Shown here: positions 1 through 9,084 of the stretch, piece by piece
Layout: every line of letters starts with the position of its first letter
Position numbering within the stretch: the first letter of the stretch is position 1
Assembly: GCA_038889235.1 (NCBI GenBank)
Contig: JAWAHN010000003.1
Location: 293,703 to 325,702 of the forward strand
DNA: 32,000 bases
Direction: 5' to 3'
From: Candidatus Jordarchaeales archaeon
GTDB taxonomy: Archaea > Asgardarchaeota > Jordiarchaeia > Jordiarchaeales > Freyrarchaeaceae
The notes under the pieces: generated by a model
The model's database searches: none
Told to the model about the DNA's origin: nothing
The model's input: only the letters and a program-made list of their open reading frames with translations
Program-made: the position numbers and the translations under genes

Positions 1-185
1 AGAGATAGCAATTAAAAACGCTTAATTAAATTTTCCCTCTAAAATGGGAAGGATTAAGTGACTCCAGCTAGCTTTTGCAACCCGAACACGGCGGCATCCA
101 GCTGGTGGGGACACCTTTAACTTCGGGCAAGCATTTAATAATTAAGTGCCCGCGGTTTCGACTAGTGTGAAACGGATACATCAGT

Positions 186-938
186 CTACCTGACAAATAT
201 ATCCTTCGTCTTCTTTTCCATGTCTCTAAGTATGCCCTTGTCAAGACTCTTTGGGTTATAGTACTTGGCCCTCGAGCAGTCGGGAAGCCAGTTTTCAGGT
301 ACTCTGAAGGTTTTTGCCTCGCTTTGCTGGGTTCTGGGTGACTCAAGGTAACCGTGGCTCTCCGGGGCCACAGGGGCAACCTGGCGTCTCTCGCGTGGAG
401 TGACGGGAATTCTATCGCTTCTCATGTTTTCCAGCACGCTTGAAATCTGTAGGCGGAGGCTAGATTGAGGGGGTAAGTGGGATTGTGACGAGGGAGTGAG
501 TGTTTCAATTTCGCTCAACTTTCTCAGGAAAGCTGAAGGTTTAACAAACTGTTCTTCAACTATTCCACCCCCCCTCCCTCCCCCCGCTTCCCGAGCACTT
601 TTGGGACGCTCCTCGAACTGGGGTACTCGCCTTAAGGTTGGAGCAGGTTCTACCGCCATCTCCCTGTAACCTTGCAGGGTGACGCCGCCTACTCTAGGCT
701 CATCGGTGCAGGCTTTTCCGCTGGCCGCCTCACCCACATTTTCCTCGCCGGTGAGCTCAACCATTTGAGGCCAGAAGTCCATTCTATCAATCCTACTTTC
801 AAGCTCGGAGACTTTCTGGTTGATGAAAGCTATCTCCTGTCTTAAAGTATCGATGGAAGACTCAACGAAGAACATGACTTTTTGTATGCCTTCCTCCAGG
901 TTCTTTATAGAATTCATTATTTCATCTATTTTCTTCAA
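186..938 (-). CDS. Hypothetical protein: N-terminal coiled coil, long Pro/Ser/Glu-rich linker, short C-terminal domain
   Basis: 250-aa ORF. TTG start at 938 is preceded by GGAGGAGG on the minus strand. Heptad-like N-terminus (IKNLEEGIQKV...LRQEIAFINQKVSELESRID). No family recognised. Confidence 0.7.
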   Translation of the reverse strand: MKKIDEIMNSIKNLEEGIQKVMFFVESSIDTLRQEIAFINQKVSELESRIDRMDFWPQMVELTGEENVGEAASGKACTDEPRVGGVTLQGYREMAVEPAPTLRRVPQFEERPKSAREAGGGRGGGIVEEQFVKPSAFLRKLSEIETLTPSSQSHLPPQSSLRLQISSVLENMRSDRIPVTPRERRQVAPVAPESHGYLESPRTQQSEAKTFRVPENWLPDCSRAKYYNPKSLDKGILRDMEKKTKDIFVR

Positions 939-1155
939 TAATCCTCCTCCCCACCTTGTAGCTCAATTTATTTGGGGAAGGAGGGAGAATAATAATTTTT
1001 CGTCTAACCACTTTTACTGAGAAAAAGCATGCTTGGATGAGCGTGCACTGCTGCAGTTTTAAGGACTTTTAGTGCCCCCGGCAAACTATGCTTTCGCGTA
1101 CATGAGACTGGGAGCGGTGTCAGGGTTAGGGTTAAATATGTGTGAGGGTTTGTTT

Positions 1156-2355
1156 TCAGAATAGCTCGTACTTTTTCTCGATAAACCCTTTCCATATTGT
1201 TGGCATTTCGTCCATTACTTCGCTCGCTATGTTCTCGGCTGTTGTTTTAATGACGTTGAGCGGCGCGTCCGTGTACACTTCTATGTTTATTGCTTGAGGC
1301 TGATTTATCGGTTTGCCTATCCTGCTGACTATGTAGCATGAGGCTTGCTCGACCGACGGCTCCTCCTTTATGAGTTGTTCGACTATTTTCCGCGCGGCAA
1401 TGTTGTAGGTTTTTCCTACGTGGCTGACCGGGTTCTTACCCGCGGTCGCCTCGAGCGTCATAGGCCTGTACGGTGTTATTAGCCCGTTCGCCCTGTTACC
1501 TCTTCCAACCTGCCCGTCGTCACCGTGCTCAGCCGAGGTTCCAGTCACTGTTAAGTAGTAGACGTTGTTTTCAGGGTCGTCGGCCGTGTTTACGTGGACT
1601 ACAACTTCTTTATCGGTTATATCGGAAGCGAGCTTGTAAACTACCTCCTTCACTTCCTCCTTGACGCTCATATAGTGGTCTGGGTCAGGTATTAGACTGG
1701 ATATCATGGCGCACGCTATGGTTAAGTCTATCTTGTCTTTCACCCTGACCCCCATCACTTTGATGTCTTCTCCGACCTCGGGGAGCTTCTTCTTAACCTC
1801 GGGTGAGTTAAGCTTCTTCTCAGTCATATAAACAAGCTTTTCCGTCTCGGTCAGCGGGGCGAAAGCCACACCGAAGCTGGTGTCGTTCGCCCTTGGGACG
1901 TCCACGCCGAGCTCGAACGTCTCTACCAGGTCCACGCTCCCCGGCTTTATCCTGTAATCTACGATTATGTCCGTTGAGGGGTTTAGGAAGCGAAACTCCT
2001 CGGAGAGCCAGTCCCTCGTCGTTTTGACGACAAGTTTACCTATCGGAACCCTCTCGCCCTTCGGGAGCGTGAGGGCGGCTCTGCCGACGAGCAGCAGGTA
2101 TATTGGCTCTATAACTTCTCCTCCCCCAAAGAACGCGTTGGACTGGCCTCCGACGAGCACGCATTTGTCAACGTTGTGGTGGAGTATCCTGCCAACCTTC
2201 TCCAAGTAATACTTACTGAGTGCCACGCTAAGCTCCTCGGCGGCCCTATCGCATATGACGTCAGGATGGCCTTTGCCTTTCCTTTCGACCATCTCCATGT
2301 TAAGTTTGCAGGTGGGGACTCCTAAACCTTTACACACTTCTATGTTTAAAACCAT
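1156..2355 (-). CDS. mat: S-adenosylmethionine synthetase, archaeal type
   Basis: Motifs ERKGx[37 protein letters not shown] and [13 protein letters not shown] at 2355 has GGAGGT upstream and is preferred over the TTG at 2391. Confidence 0.97.
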   Translation of the reverse strand: MVLNIEVCKGLGVPTCKLNMEMVERKGKGHPDVICDRAAEELSVALSKYYLEKVGRILHHNVDKCVLVGGQSNAFFGGGEVIEPIYLLLVGRAALTLPKGERVPIGKLVVKTTRDWLSEEFRFLNPSTDIIVDYRIKPGSVDLVETFELGVDVPRANDTSFGVAFAPLTETEKLVYMTEKKLNSPEVKKKLPEVGEDIKVMGVRVKDKIDLTIACAMISSLIPDPDHYMSVKEEVKEVVYKLASDITDKEVVVHVNTADDPENNVYYLTVTGTSAEHGDDGQVGRGNRANGLITPYRPMTLEATAGKNPVSHVGKTYNIAARKIVEQLIKEEPSVEQASCYIVSRIGKPINQPQAINIEVYTDAPLNVIKTTAENIASEVMDEMPTIWKGFIEKKYELF

Positions 2356-2539
2356 TGGAGTAACCTCCGACACGGCAGTACCGGGTTTCAATTATAGAAT
2401 GAGAGTGAGCTGTTCTTTTTTTAAGTCTTACTAAAGGGAAACAATTGTTCTAATTAATGAGAATCATATCTAAACGAATTTTAGTATTCGCTTTGAGGAA
2501 TAATTGAGGCTTTTCCGGGTAAGCCGGGGCCCCGGAAGG

Positions 2540-3337
2540 TCAAAGCTTTATTTTCATAGTGTCATATCCGACTAGGATCCTGTCCATTGACGGGTCCACT
2601 TTTCTCTGCAGCTCTTCGTGGGGTGGGTTTGCGTGCGACAAGTGAACTAGGATGGCTTTTCTCGCTTCAAGCTGTTCTGCGAGCAACACCGCCTCCTCGA
2701 CTGTCATGTGGTGGTCTAGGAAGTGCTTGGGGTAAGATACGAACGCGTCGACCACGAGGAGGTCTGGTTTACGGATAAGCTTAAACGATTCTTCTGGTAT
2801 GTTTATGCCCGTGTCACCTGTAATCGCCACCCTCACGTCTCCCAGCTTAAAGAGGTATCCTACTGGTTGGATGTTCAACCCGTCGTTTAGGTGGGGGTGG
2901 TAGACCGGGAACGCCGTGAACTCAAACGACTTGTACTTCACGCTTTCAAAAGGCCTAATGTATACCCTTTTGACCCTGACGAGGTTTCCGAAGCCCACCT
3001 TGTCGAGCACGTAGTCCACTGTCTCCTTAAGTCCGAAAACCGTCACCGTCGCCTGAACGCGGTAGAAGTCGTTGAAGCCGAGCACGTGGTCCCAGTGGTG
3101 GTGGGTGTAGCACACCGCTGATACTCTTTCGACTCCCTCCCTGATAAGTTGGAGGCGCATATCTGGCGAGGTGTCGACCAGTAAGTTCAAGCCCTTCTCC
3201 TCGTCCCTCAGCAGCACGGAGAACCTCGTCCTGGCATCAGGTATCCCTCGCTCCCTGGCAACAGTGCACGTCGGGCACTTGCATCCAATTTTCGGGACGC
3301 CTACAGTGTCACCGCTCCCCAGGATGACAAGCTCCAA
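2540..3337 (-). CDS. Metallo-beta-lactamase-fold hydrolase, PhnP-like
   Basis: LGSGxxxGVPxxGCxCxxC N-terminus, RTRFS, LVDTSPD, THHHWDHVLG (HxHxDH), TGDT and a late LVHLSH motif. Confidence 0.87.
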   Translation of the reverse strand: MELVILGSGDTVGVPKIGCKCPTCTVARERGIPDARTRFSVLLRDEEKGLNLLVDTSPDMRLQLIREGVERVSAVCYTHHHWDHVLGFNDFYRVQATVTVFGLKETVDYVLDKVGFGNLVRVKRVYIRPFESVKYKSFEFTAFPVYHPHLNDGLNIQPVGYLFKLGDVRVAITGDTGINIPEESFKLIRKPDLLVVDAFVSYPKHFLDHHMTVEEAVLLAEQLEARKAILVHLSHANPPHEELQRKVDPSMDRILVGYDTMKIKL

Positions 3338-3411
3338 CCAGCAACACCCACCACGTCTGTCGGCAACTGGAAATATATTAAAGAATGCGTTTTTAAAGGT
3401 GATTTCGGGAG

Positions 3412-3789
3412 GTGCAGCCGTTGCTTATTCTGCTTCACCAAACAATCTTCATATTCACCGTGTTTACATTCATCATTATGCTTGCTTTCACCATAATCTT
3501 CTTCGCGCTGGCATTCAAGTTATCCCTCGGAGACCTTTCATTCTACAAGAAGCCTAGGGAGTTCAGAGAGCCTGTGAGGTGGTCCCCGCCGGGGGCAGTA
3601 CTTAGACGGGGGCCAGCTGAGCGCCAGCTGGACGAGGCTATGGTTTACAAGGAGCTTGCAAATTACGTTAACCGCTTGTACCATGATGGACGCATCAGCC
3701 TAGAGGTGCGCAACAGGGTTTTAGGGGAGCTGGAGGATAAGCTGAGGCGCGTCGAGAGTGGTCAGGGGGATTCTAAGGCTTCCTCGTAG
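3412..3789 (+). CDS. Hypothetical membrane-anchored protein
   Basis: 125-aa ORF with a hydrophobic N-terminal helix and a charged helical C-terminus. Its 3' end overlaps the convergent GT4 gene by 28 bp. Confidence 0.6.
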   Translation: MQPLLILLHQTIFIFTVFTFIIMLAFTIIFFALAFKLSLGDLSFYKKPREFREPVRWSPPGAVLRRGPAERQLDEAMVYKELANYVNRLYHDGRISLEVRNRVLGELEDKLRRVESGQGDSKASS

Positions 3790-4952
3790 ACTTTAAGCGT
3801 CTCCCTAGCAGTTTTCTCCCACGTGAACTCTTTTTCGACCGTTTTCCTCCCGTTCTCCGCTAGCCTGCGCCGGAGCTCCTCATCTTGGAGGAGGAGGGTG
3901 ATAGCGTAAGCCAGCTGGTCTGGGCTATGTGCGTCGACGAGTATGCCGTTCTCCATAGGCTTCACGAACTCCGGTATGCCTCCGGTGTACGTTGATACCA
4001 CTGCTGTTCCGCACGCCATCGCTTCAAGAAGAGTTATTCCAAAGGGTTCGCAGAGCGACGGGGAGACGAAGACTTCAGCCGCGGAGTAGAGTGCTGGGAG
4101 TTCTTTAGGCGGTATGTAGCCTGCGAAGACTACGTGGTCTTCTACTCCAAGTAGCTTGGCTAGGGCTGCCAGTGTCGGCTCAAGCCAACCTCGTCCAGCT
4201 ATGACTACTTTAGCATCGGGTTCCTCTTCTAGGATCATTGGGAGGGCTTTCAGTAGGTAGTCGAGGCCCTTCGACGGGTCAAGTCTCCCTAAGAAGAGGA
4301 CGAGCTTGCTGTTTTCGAGCCCGTACTTGCTTCTTATCTCCCTTTTCTCCTTCTCTGACGCGGGCTTAAACCTCTTGGAGTCGACGCCGTTGTAGACCAC
4401 TCTTATCTTCTCCGGATTTATGCCAATATTCACAAGTTCCTGTTTTATGTAGTTGCTCACAGTTATCACTCTGTCAGCTTTCTCGGCGCACATTTTCTCT
4501 AGTTCCTCTATAGGCCTGATGCCTCTGCCGCCCGATCTAACTGTCTCGGTGCTGTGAACGGTGAATACCAAGGGCTTTCCGAGAGCTTCCTTAACGGATA
4601 ACCCGGATATGGCTGAGAGCCAGTCGTGGACGTGGCATAAGTCGAAGGGCTTCTCTCTTTCGAGTTCAATGAACTTGGCTGTTGCGGCTATGTTGAACGC
4701 TAGGTTTGCCGAGAGGAAAGCCCTGAAATCGTTGAAAGGGATAGTCATCACAATCCTCTTCTCCGGGACACGGTAAACTCTTACCCCTTCCACCTTCTGG
4801 AAGGTTGGGTTGGAGACGGCGAACCTGGTTACAACGCTAACTTTACAACCGAGCCTGGCGAGAGCCCTAGAGTTTTCATATCCGTGGACGCCGAGGCCGC
4901 CTTGGAGCTGAGGCGGCCACTCCCACAGGAACATGCATACGTTTAGGCTCAT
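3762..4952 (-). CDS. Glycosyltransferase family 4 (GT-B fold)
   Basis: WEWPPxxxGGLG, HVHDWLS, TVHSTE, VITVS, VYNGVD, FLGRLDPSKG and EPFGITLLEAMACG (ExFG...E) motifs. Confidence 0.93.
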   Translation of the reverse strand: MSLNVCMFLWEWPPQLQGGLGVHGYENSRALARLGCKVSVVTRFAVSNPTFQKVEGVRVYRVPEKRIVMTIPFNDFRAFLSANLAFNIAATAKFIELEREKPFDLCHVHDWLSAISGLSVKEALGKPLVFTVHSTETVRSGGRGIRPIEELEKMCAEKADRVITVSNYIKQELVNIGINPEKIRVVYNGVDSKRFKPASEKEKREIRSKYGLENSKLVLFLGRLDPSKGLDYLLKALPMILEEEPDAKVVIAGRGWLEPTLAALAKLLGVEDHVVFAGYIPPKELPALYSAAEVFVSPSLCEPFGITLLEAMACGTAVVSTYTGGIPEFVKPMENGILVDAHSPDQLAYAITLLLQDEELRRRLAENGRKTVEKEFTWEKTARETLKVYEEALESP

Positions 4953-4953
4953 C

Positions 4954-5358
4954 TCACCTTTCTACTCCCACGTTTTCAAGCTGGCTGACCACCCACTCAG
5001 CGTATTTCCCCAAAGCATCTTTAACGCTTCTGAAGTCTTCTCTCTCCAAGAGTCTTTCTATTAGGGCGTGGAACTCGTCCCGGATAACGGAGACGACGTC
5101 GCCCTCGACATCTTCCCCTTTCACTTCGAGCAAGGGTCTGATAAGTCTCATTTCGTCTGAGAACGCGTGCTCGCTGTAAAACCTCGAGAAGTACGTTGGG
5201 AGCATGGAGCAGAGGCGCCTCACATCCAGCTTCATCGCTGAACCCTTCCAGCTACCCCTCCCTTCAGGAGTACACAGGGAACTTGAAAGGGGTTGACGGG
5301 AAATAAACTTTACTAGAGTTTCGTGTTCCGCCTTTGAACTATAGTCCTCGCTTGCCAT
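4954..5358 (-). CDS. Hypothetical protein, translationally coupled to the GT4 gene
   Basis: The TGA stop lies 1 nt before the GT4 ATG. ATG at 5358 (MASEDY) is the likely start. Helical, charged composition. Confidence 0.65.
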   Translation of the reverse strand: MASEDYSSKAEHETLVKFISRQPLSSSLCTPEGRGSWKGSAMKLDVRRLCSMLPTYFSRFYSEHAFSDEMRLIRPLLEVKGEDVEGDVVSVIRDEFHALIERLLEREDFRSVKDALGKYAEWVVSQLENVGVER

Positions 5359-5450
5359 GTTCAGACGGCGGCTAAGTGCTAGTTTCTTAGTAAGAGTTAA
5401 AAGACGAATTCTCAAATGTTAGGTTTAAGTGAGTGTTGAGAGGTGGGCTT

Positions 5451-6002
5451 TTGACTACCGAGGAGATTCTTAGGGAACGCGTGGAGGACACGTTGGACAA
5501 GATACGTAAGAACGTGGAGAAGGTGGATTACGCTATTCTAGCCAAGTTGAGAGAGGAGATCGCGAGGGCTGAAAGGATTTTCGTGGTTGGAAGAGGTCGG
5601 TCAGAGTTCGTTGGGAAAATATTCGCGATAAGGCTTCTAAATAGGGGTTACAGGGTTTACTTCGTTGGGCTCGACGTAATAGACTTGATCCCCCCTGTTG
5701 AGCGCAACGACTTGATTGTGGCGATTTCTGGCTCGGGGGAGACGTTGGAAGTCGTCTCCGCTGTTAAGACCGCTAAGGATATAGGGTGTAGGATTGTCGC
5801 TGTGACGTCTTACCCGAACTCGACTATCGGTAGATTGGCGGACCTCGTCTTGAAGATTGAGGGGCGTGAGGAGAGGACTGAAAAAAGTTTCCTTCAGAGG
5901 ACCGTTTTCGGGGAGCTTGAGCCTCCAGGAGGGCTTTTCGAGCTTTCAGCCATCATAGTGCTTGAGTCGCTAGCTAGCTCTCTTGAGGTCAAAGAACGCT
6001 AG
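5451..6002 (+). CDS. hxlB: SIS-domain protein, 6-phospho-3-hexuloisomerase-like
   Basis: IFVVGRGRS, AISGSGET, AVTSYPNSTIGRLAD and a C-terminal PxGxLFE motif typical of PHI. TTG at 5451 follows GAGGTG; GTG at 5433 is an alternative start. Confidence 0.82.
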   Translation: MTTEEILRERVEDTLDKIRKNVEKVDYAILAKLREEIARAERIFVVGRGRSEFVGKIFAIRLLNRGYRVYFVGLDVIDLIPPVERNDLIVAISGSGETLEVVSAVKTAKDIGCRIVAVTSYPNSTIGRLADLVLKIEGREERTEKSFLQRTVFGELEPPGGLFELSAIIVLESLASSLEVKER

Positions 6003-8515
6003 GAGCTTTTCTTGATCTCATAAAGGATTTTCTCTATTTCTTTCACGTGGCTTTCGAGCAGTTCTTCAGCTTTATCCCTAGTTTTGGCTTCGGATAGCAC
6101 TTCGAGCATGGCTTCGTGGAATGATGGCCTAATGAGAACCCAGCCGTAATCGAAGTATATTTTAATGCCGTCTATGGTGTCGAAGACCATTCCCTGAGTT
6201 TCCTCCATGAGGCTTCTCATGACGGCGCCCCTGTACTCGAGCGGGCATTCAAGGGTCTTCTTAGCCATGTAGAACTCTGGAATCCTCTTGCGTAGCTCGG
6301 ATAATGGCTCCTCTTCTAAAGCTATGAACTCTAGCAGCTTAGCCGCCCCGACGAGACCGTCCCTGAACATGTGGACTTCGGGTATAACGTAGCCTCCGCT
6401 CTCGTCTCCCCCGAAGATCCCGTTGACCTCCTTGAGCTTCTCGATAAGTGGCCTGAAGCCGAGCTTAACCCTAACCACTTTACCGTTGTACCTTTGTGCG
6501 AGCTCTTCCACAACGTGGCTCGTCGTCACGGGGACTACTATGTTTCCCCCTTTGCTCTCCTCGAGCTTGCTCATCGCTAGGAGGGCTGTCGCCGCGTCAC
6601 CGCTTATCTCCTCGCCCTTCTCATCGACGAAGAGAACTTGGTCTCCGTCGTCGTCGAACGCTACGCCTATGTCCGCGTTAAGAGCTCTAACGGTTTTGGC
6701 GAGTTTCCCAACGGCGTCCGACAACGGGCGATGCTCCCTTTTCGGCACAGCTGCGCCTATGTTAGCGTTAAGCGTCACAACCTCGCATCCCAGCTCCCTG
6801 AACAGGAACGGGGCTGTTAGAGATGCGCATCCGTCCCCGCAGTCCAGTATGATTTTCATCTTCCTCTTCCTAACTTCTTCCACTCTAAGGGACTTGATTA
6901 TCTTCTCGAGGTAGCTTTCTACAGCCTCGTACGGGTACACTATGTCGCCGACCTTCCACGCTTCAATCCTCTTAAGGTCCTCTTTGAAGAATATCTCTTC
7001 CACTTTCTTCTGCTCGGAGCGCGAGAGGTCGAGCCCGTCGGAGTCGAAGAGCCTTATGCACACTCTTTTAGTGTCATCTTGGCTCATCGAAACGTAGACG
7101 CCGCCGTCCGCCTTGAAAGAGTGTATGGCGGCCTCGACTATGGGGACTGGCTGAACCCTCAGGTTGTAAACGTTAACCCCGGCCGATTGAAGGCCAGCTA
7201 CTATAGCCCTTTTCACCATGCGCGACGCTATGTGTGAGTCTCTGCCTACAACGACCGTGCACCCCTCACCGAGGTGCGTGGCAAACGCTGCTCCGAGCTT
7301 CGTAGCGAACTCTGGTGTAATCTCCAAGTTGACCAAGCCCTGTATCCCGTATTCTGTGAACAGGCTCTTTTTCCACATGACACCCCACTTGAGGTTCATG
7401 TTGACGACAGCGTTCTTCTCGATAACCTTGTCCGGCCAGATGTATATCTCGGGCATGACCTTAGCTCCCGGACCGAAAATGCAGTCGTCGCCCACAACCG
7501 CGCCCTCAAGTATCTGAACCCTCTCTCCTATTTCGCAGCGCGCTCCCACGACGCACCCTTTTAGCTCCGCCCCCCTGTGTATCGAGGTGTTCCCCCAAAC
7601 GATAGACCTAGAAACGAACGCCTTGGAAGCTATATAGCATCCACCACCTATAACGCTGAACCTGTCTATGACCGCACCTTCGTCAACCCTGCAGAACCTT
7701 CCTATGATCACTGGGGGGCGGATGTCGCACGCGCCTGGAAGCTCCGTTCCCTCTCCGACCCAGACGCCCTCCCTCACCTGCCTGTGCGGTATTTCAACGT
7801 GAACCTTACCTTTCAGCACGTCGTAGTTAGCTTGAATGTACTTTTGGGGGTTTCCTATGTCTATCCAGTACTCCTTCATCCGGTAACCGTAAATTTTTTC
7901 ACCTTTCTTCAAGAGGTGAGGGAAGAGGTCCTTGCTGAAATCGTACTCCTTGTTGCTCGGAATGTAGTCGAAAACCTCCGGATCCATGACGTACGTTCCA
8001 GTGTTGACTAGGTCGCTGAAGACCTCTCCCCATCCAGGCTTCTCCAGAAACCTTTGTATCCACCCGTTTTCGTCTAACAGCGCTATCCCGTAGGCCACCG
8101 GGTTGTCGACGCGCGTTAGAGCTATGGTGACCAGAGCCCCCCTCTCTTCGTGAGTCTTAACGAGGCGTGTCAGGTCTATGTCTGTCAAAACGTCGCCGCT
8201 CAGCACGAGAAATGTGTCGTCAAGGTGTTCCTCGAGAAGCTTGACGCCGCCGGCTGTCCCTAAGGGCTCTTCTTCGAACGAGTAGATTATCTCAACGCCG
8301 TACCTTCCACCGTCCCCGAAGAACTTCTCTATCTTGTCTCCAAGGTAGCTGACGGTTACAAGCACCTCTCTTACGCCATGCCTCCTTAACAAGTTTATCG
8401 TATGCTCCATCATGGGGACGTCAGCTATAGGGACTATCGGCTTAGGTATGTTGACTGTCAGAGGCCTAAGCCTTGTTCCTTTTCCCCCAGCCATTATTAC
8501 GGCCTTCAAGCACAA
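5999..8515 (-). CDS. Sugar-1-phosphate nucleotidyltransferase (mannose-1-P guanylyltransferase-like) + hexapeptide LbH + phosphohexomutase-like fusion
   Basis: AVIMAGGKGTRLRPLT...PKP, EEEPLGTAG, LSGDVLTD, FLEKP and YWIDIG motifs, then hexapeptide repeats, then a PGM/PMM fold (VVVGRDSH, DCGDG, FDDDGD). Confidence 0.93.
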   Translation of the reverse strand: MCLKAVIMAGGKGTRLRPLTVNIPKPIVPIADVPMMEHTINLLRRHGVREVLVTVSYLGDKIEKFFGDGGRYGVEIIYSFEEEPLGTAGGVKLLEEHLDDTFLVLSGDVLTDIDLTRLVKTHEERGALVTIALTRVDNPVAYGIALLDENGWIQRFLEKPGWGEVFSDLVNTGTYVMDPEVFDYIPSNKEYDFSKDLFPHLLKKGEKIYGYRMKEYWIDIGNPQKYIQANYDVLKGKVHVEIPHRQVREGVWVGEGTELPGACDIRPPVIIGRFCRVDEGAVIDRFSVIGGGCYIASKAFVSRSIVWGNTSIHRGAELKGCVVGARCEIGERVQILEGAVVGDDCIFGPGAKVMPEIYIWPDKVIEKNAVVNMNLKWGVMWKKSLFTEYGIQGLVNLEITPEFATKLGAAFATHLGEGCTVVVGRDSHIASRMVKRAIVAGLQSAGVNVYNLRVQPVPIVEAAIHSFKADGGVYVSMSQDDTKRVCIRLFDSDGLDLSRSEQKKVEEIFFKEDLKRIEAWKVGDIVYPYEAVESYLEKIIKSLRVEEVRKRKMKIILDCGDGCASLTAPFLFRELGCEVVTLNANIGAAVPKREHRPLSDAVGKLAKTVRALNADIGVAFDDDGDQVLFVDEKGEEISGDAATALLAMSKLEESKGGNIVVPVTTSHVVEELAQRYNGKVVRVKLGFRPLIEKLKEVNGIFGGDESGGYVIPEVHMFRDGLVGAAKLLEFIALEEEPLSELRKRIPEFYMAKKTLECPLEYRGAVMRSLMEETQGMVFDTIDGIKIYFDYGWVLIRPSFHEAMLEVLSEAKTRDKAEELLESHVKEIEKILYEIKKSS

Positions 8516-8693
8516 ACAGGCCCCCTCTCAGAAAAAAGGAAACTAATATTTGAAAATAGAAGTTGAGAAATGCATTTAAAAAACTATCTTTCCCCGCCAC
8601 GTACGGGCTTCAGTAATTCGCTCTAGGCAAACATTAATAACCGTGCATTCCCCAGTTTACTGGGAGTTTAAAAACTAAATTGGGGCTTTAAGA

Positions 8694-9023
8694 ATGGCGC
8701 GAGAAAACCGAGATAAGGAGATGCCGTCCAAGGTTTACGCCCCCCTAGGCACTAGGGGAAGAGAAGCCATCTCCATAAAAGAGTGCCTTAAATGTGGGAG
8801 CGCGGACTCCGTGGAGGTCATCGGGTTCAGCAGCAGCGACGAGACCTCAGGGGAAAACATACTTGAAACCATGGATTACACCGTGAAGTGCACGAAGTGC
8901 GGGGAGACGTACATCGTAAGGGTAAAGTCGATGTACCTTGAAAGCAAGGAAGAGGAGAACAGGCTTGTCTCTACGGTATTCATAGTGGAGAACGGAGAAG
9001 AGTACTGGCTTGGGATACTGTGA
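8694..9023 (+). CDS. Small zinc-ribbon protein
   Basis: Two CxxC pairs (CLKC, CTKC) and an ATG start. Lies 61 bp upstream of the co-oriented AbfD-like gene. Confidence 0.75.
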   Translation: MARENRDKEMPSKVYAPLGTRGREAISIKECLKCGSADSVEVIGFSSSDETSGENILETMDYTVKCTKCGETYIVRVKSMYLESKEEENRLVSTVFIVENGEEYWLGIL

Positions 9024-9084
9024 GACTGGTGGAACGCTGACACTTAGAAAAGCTTAATTAGCAATCCTTTAAATGGGTTGATGG

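Noticed and set aside
5999-6002. Convergent genes sharing the palindromic CTAG for both stop codons
   Set aside because: Real, but an ordinary compact-genome overlap.
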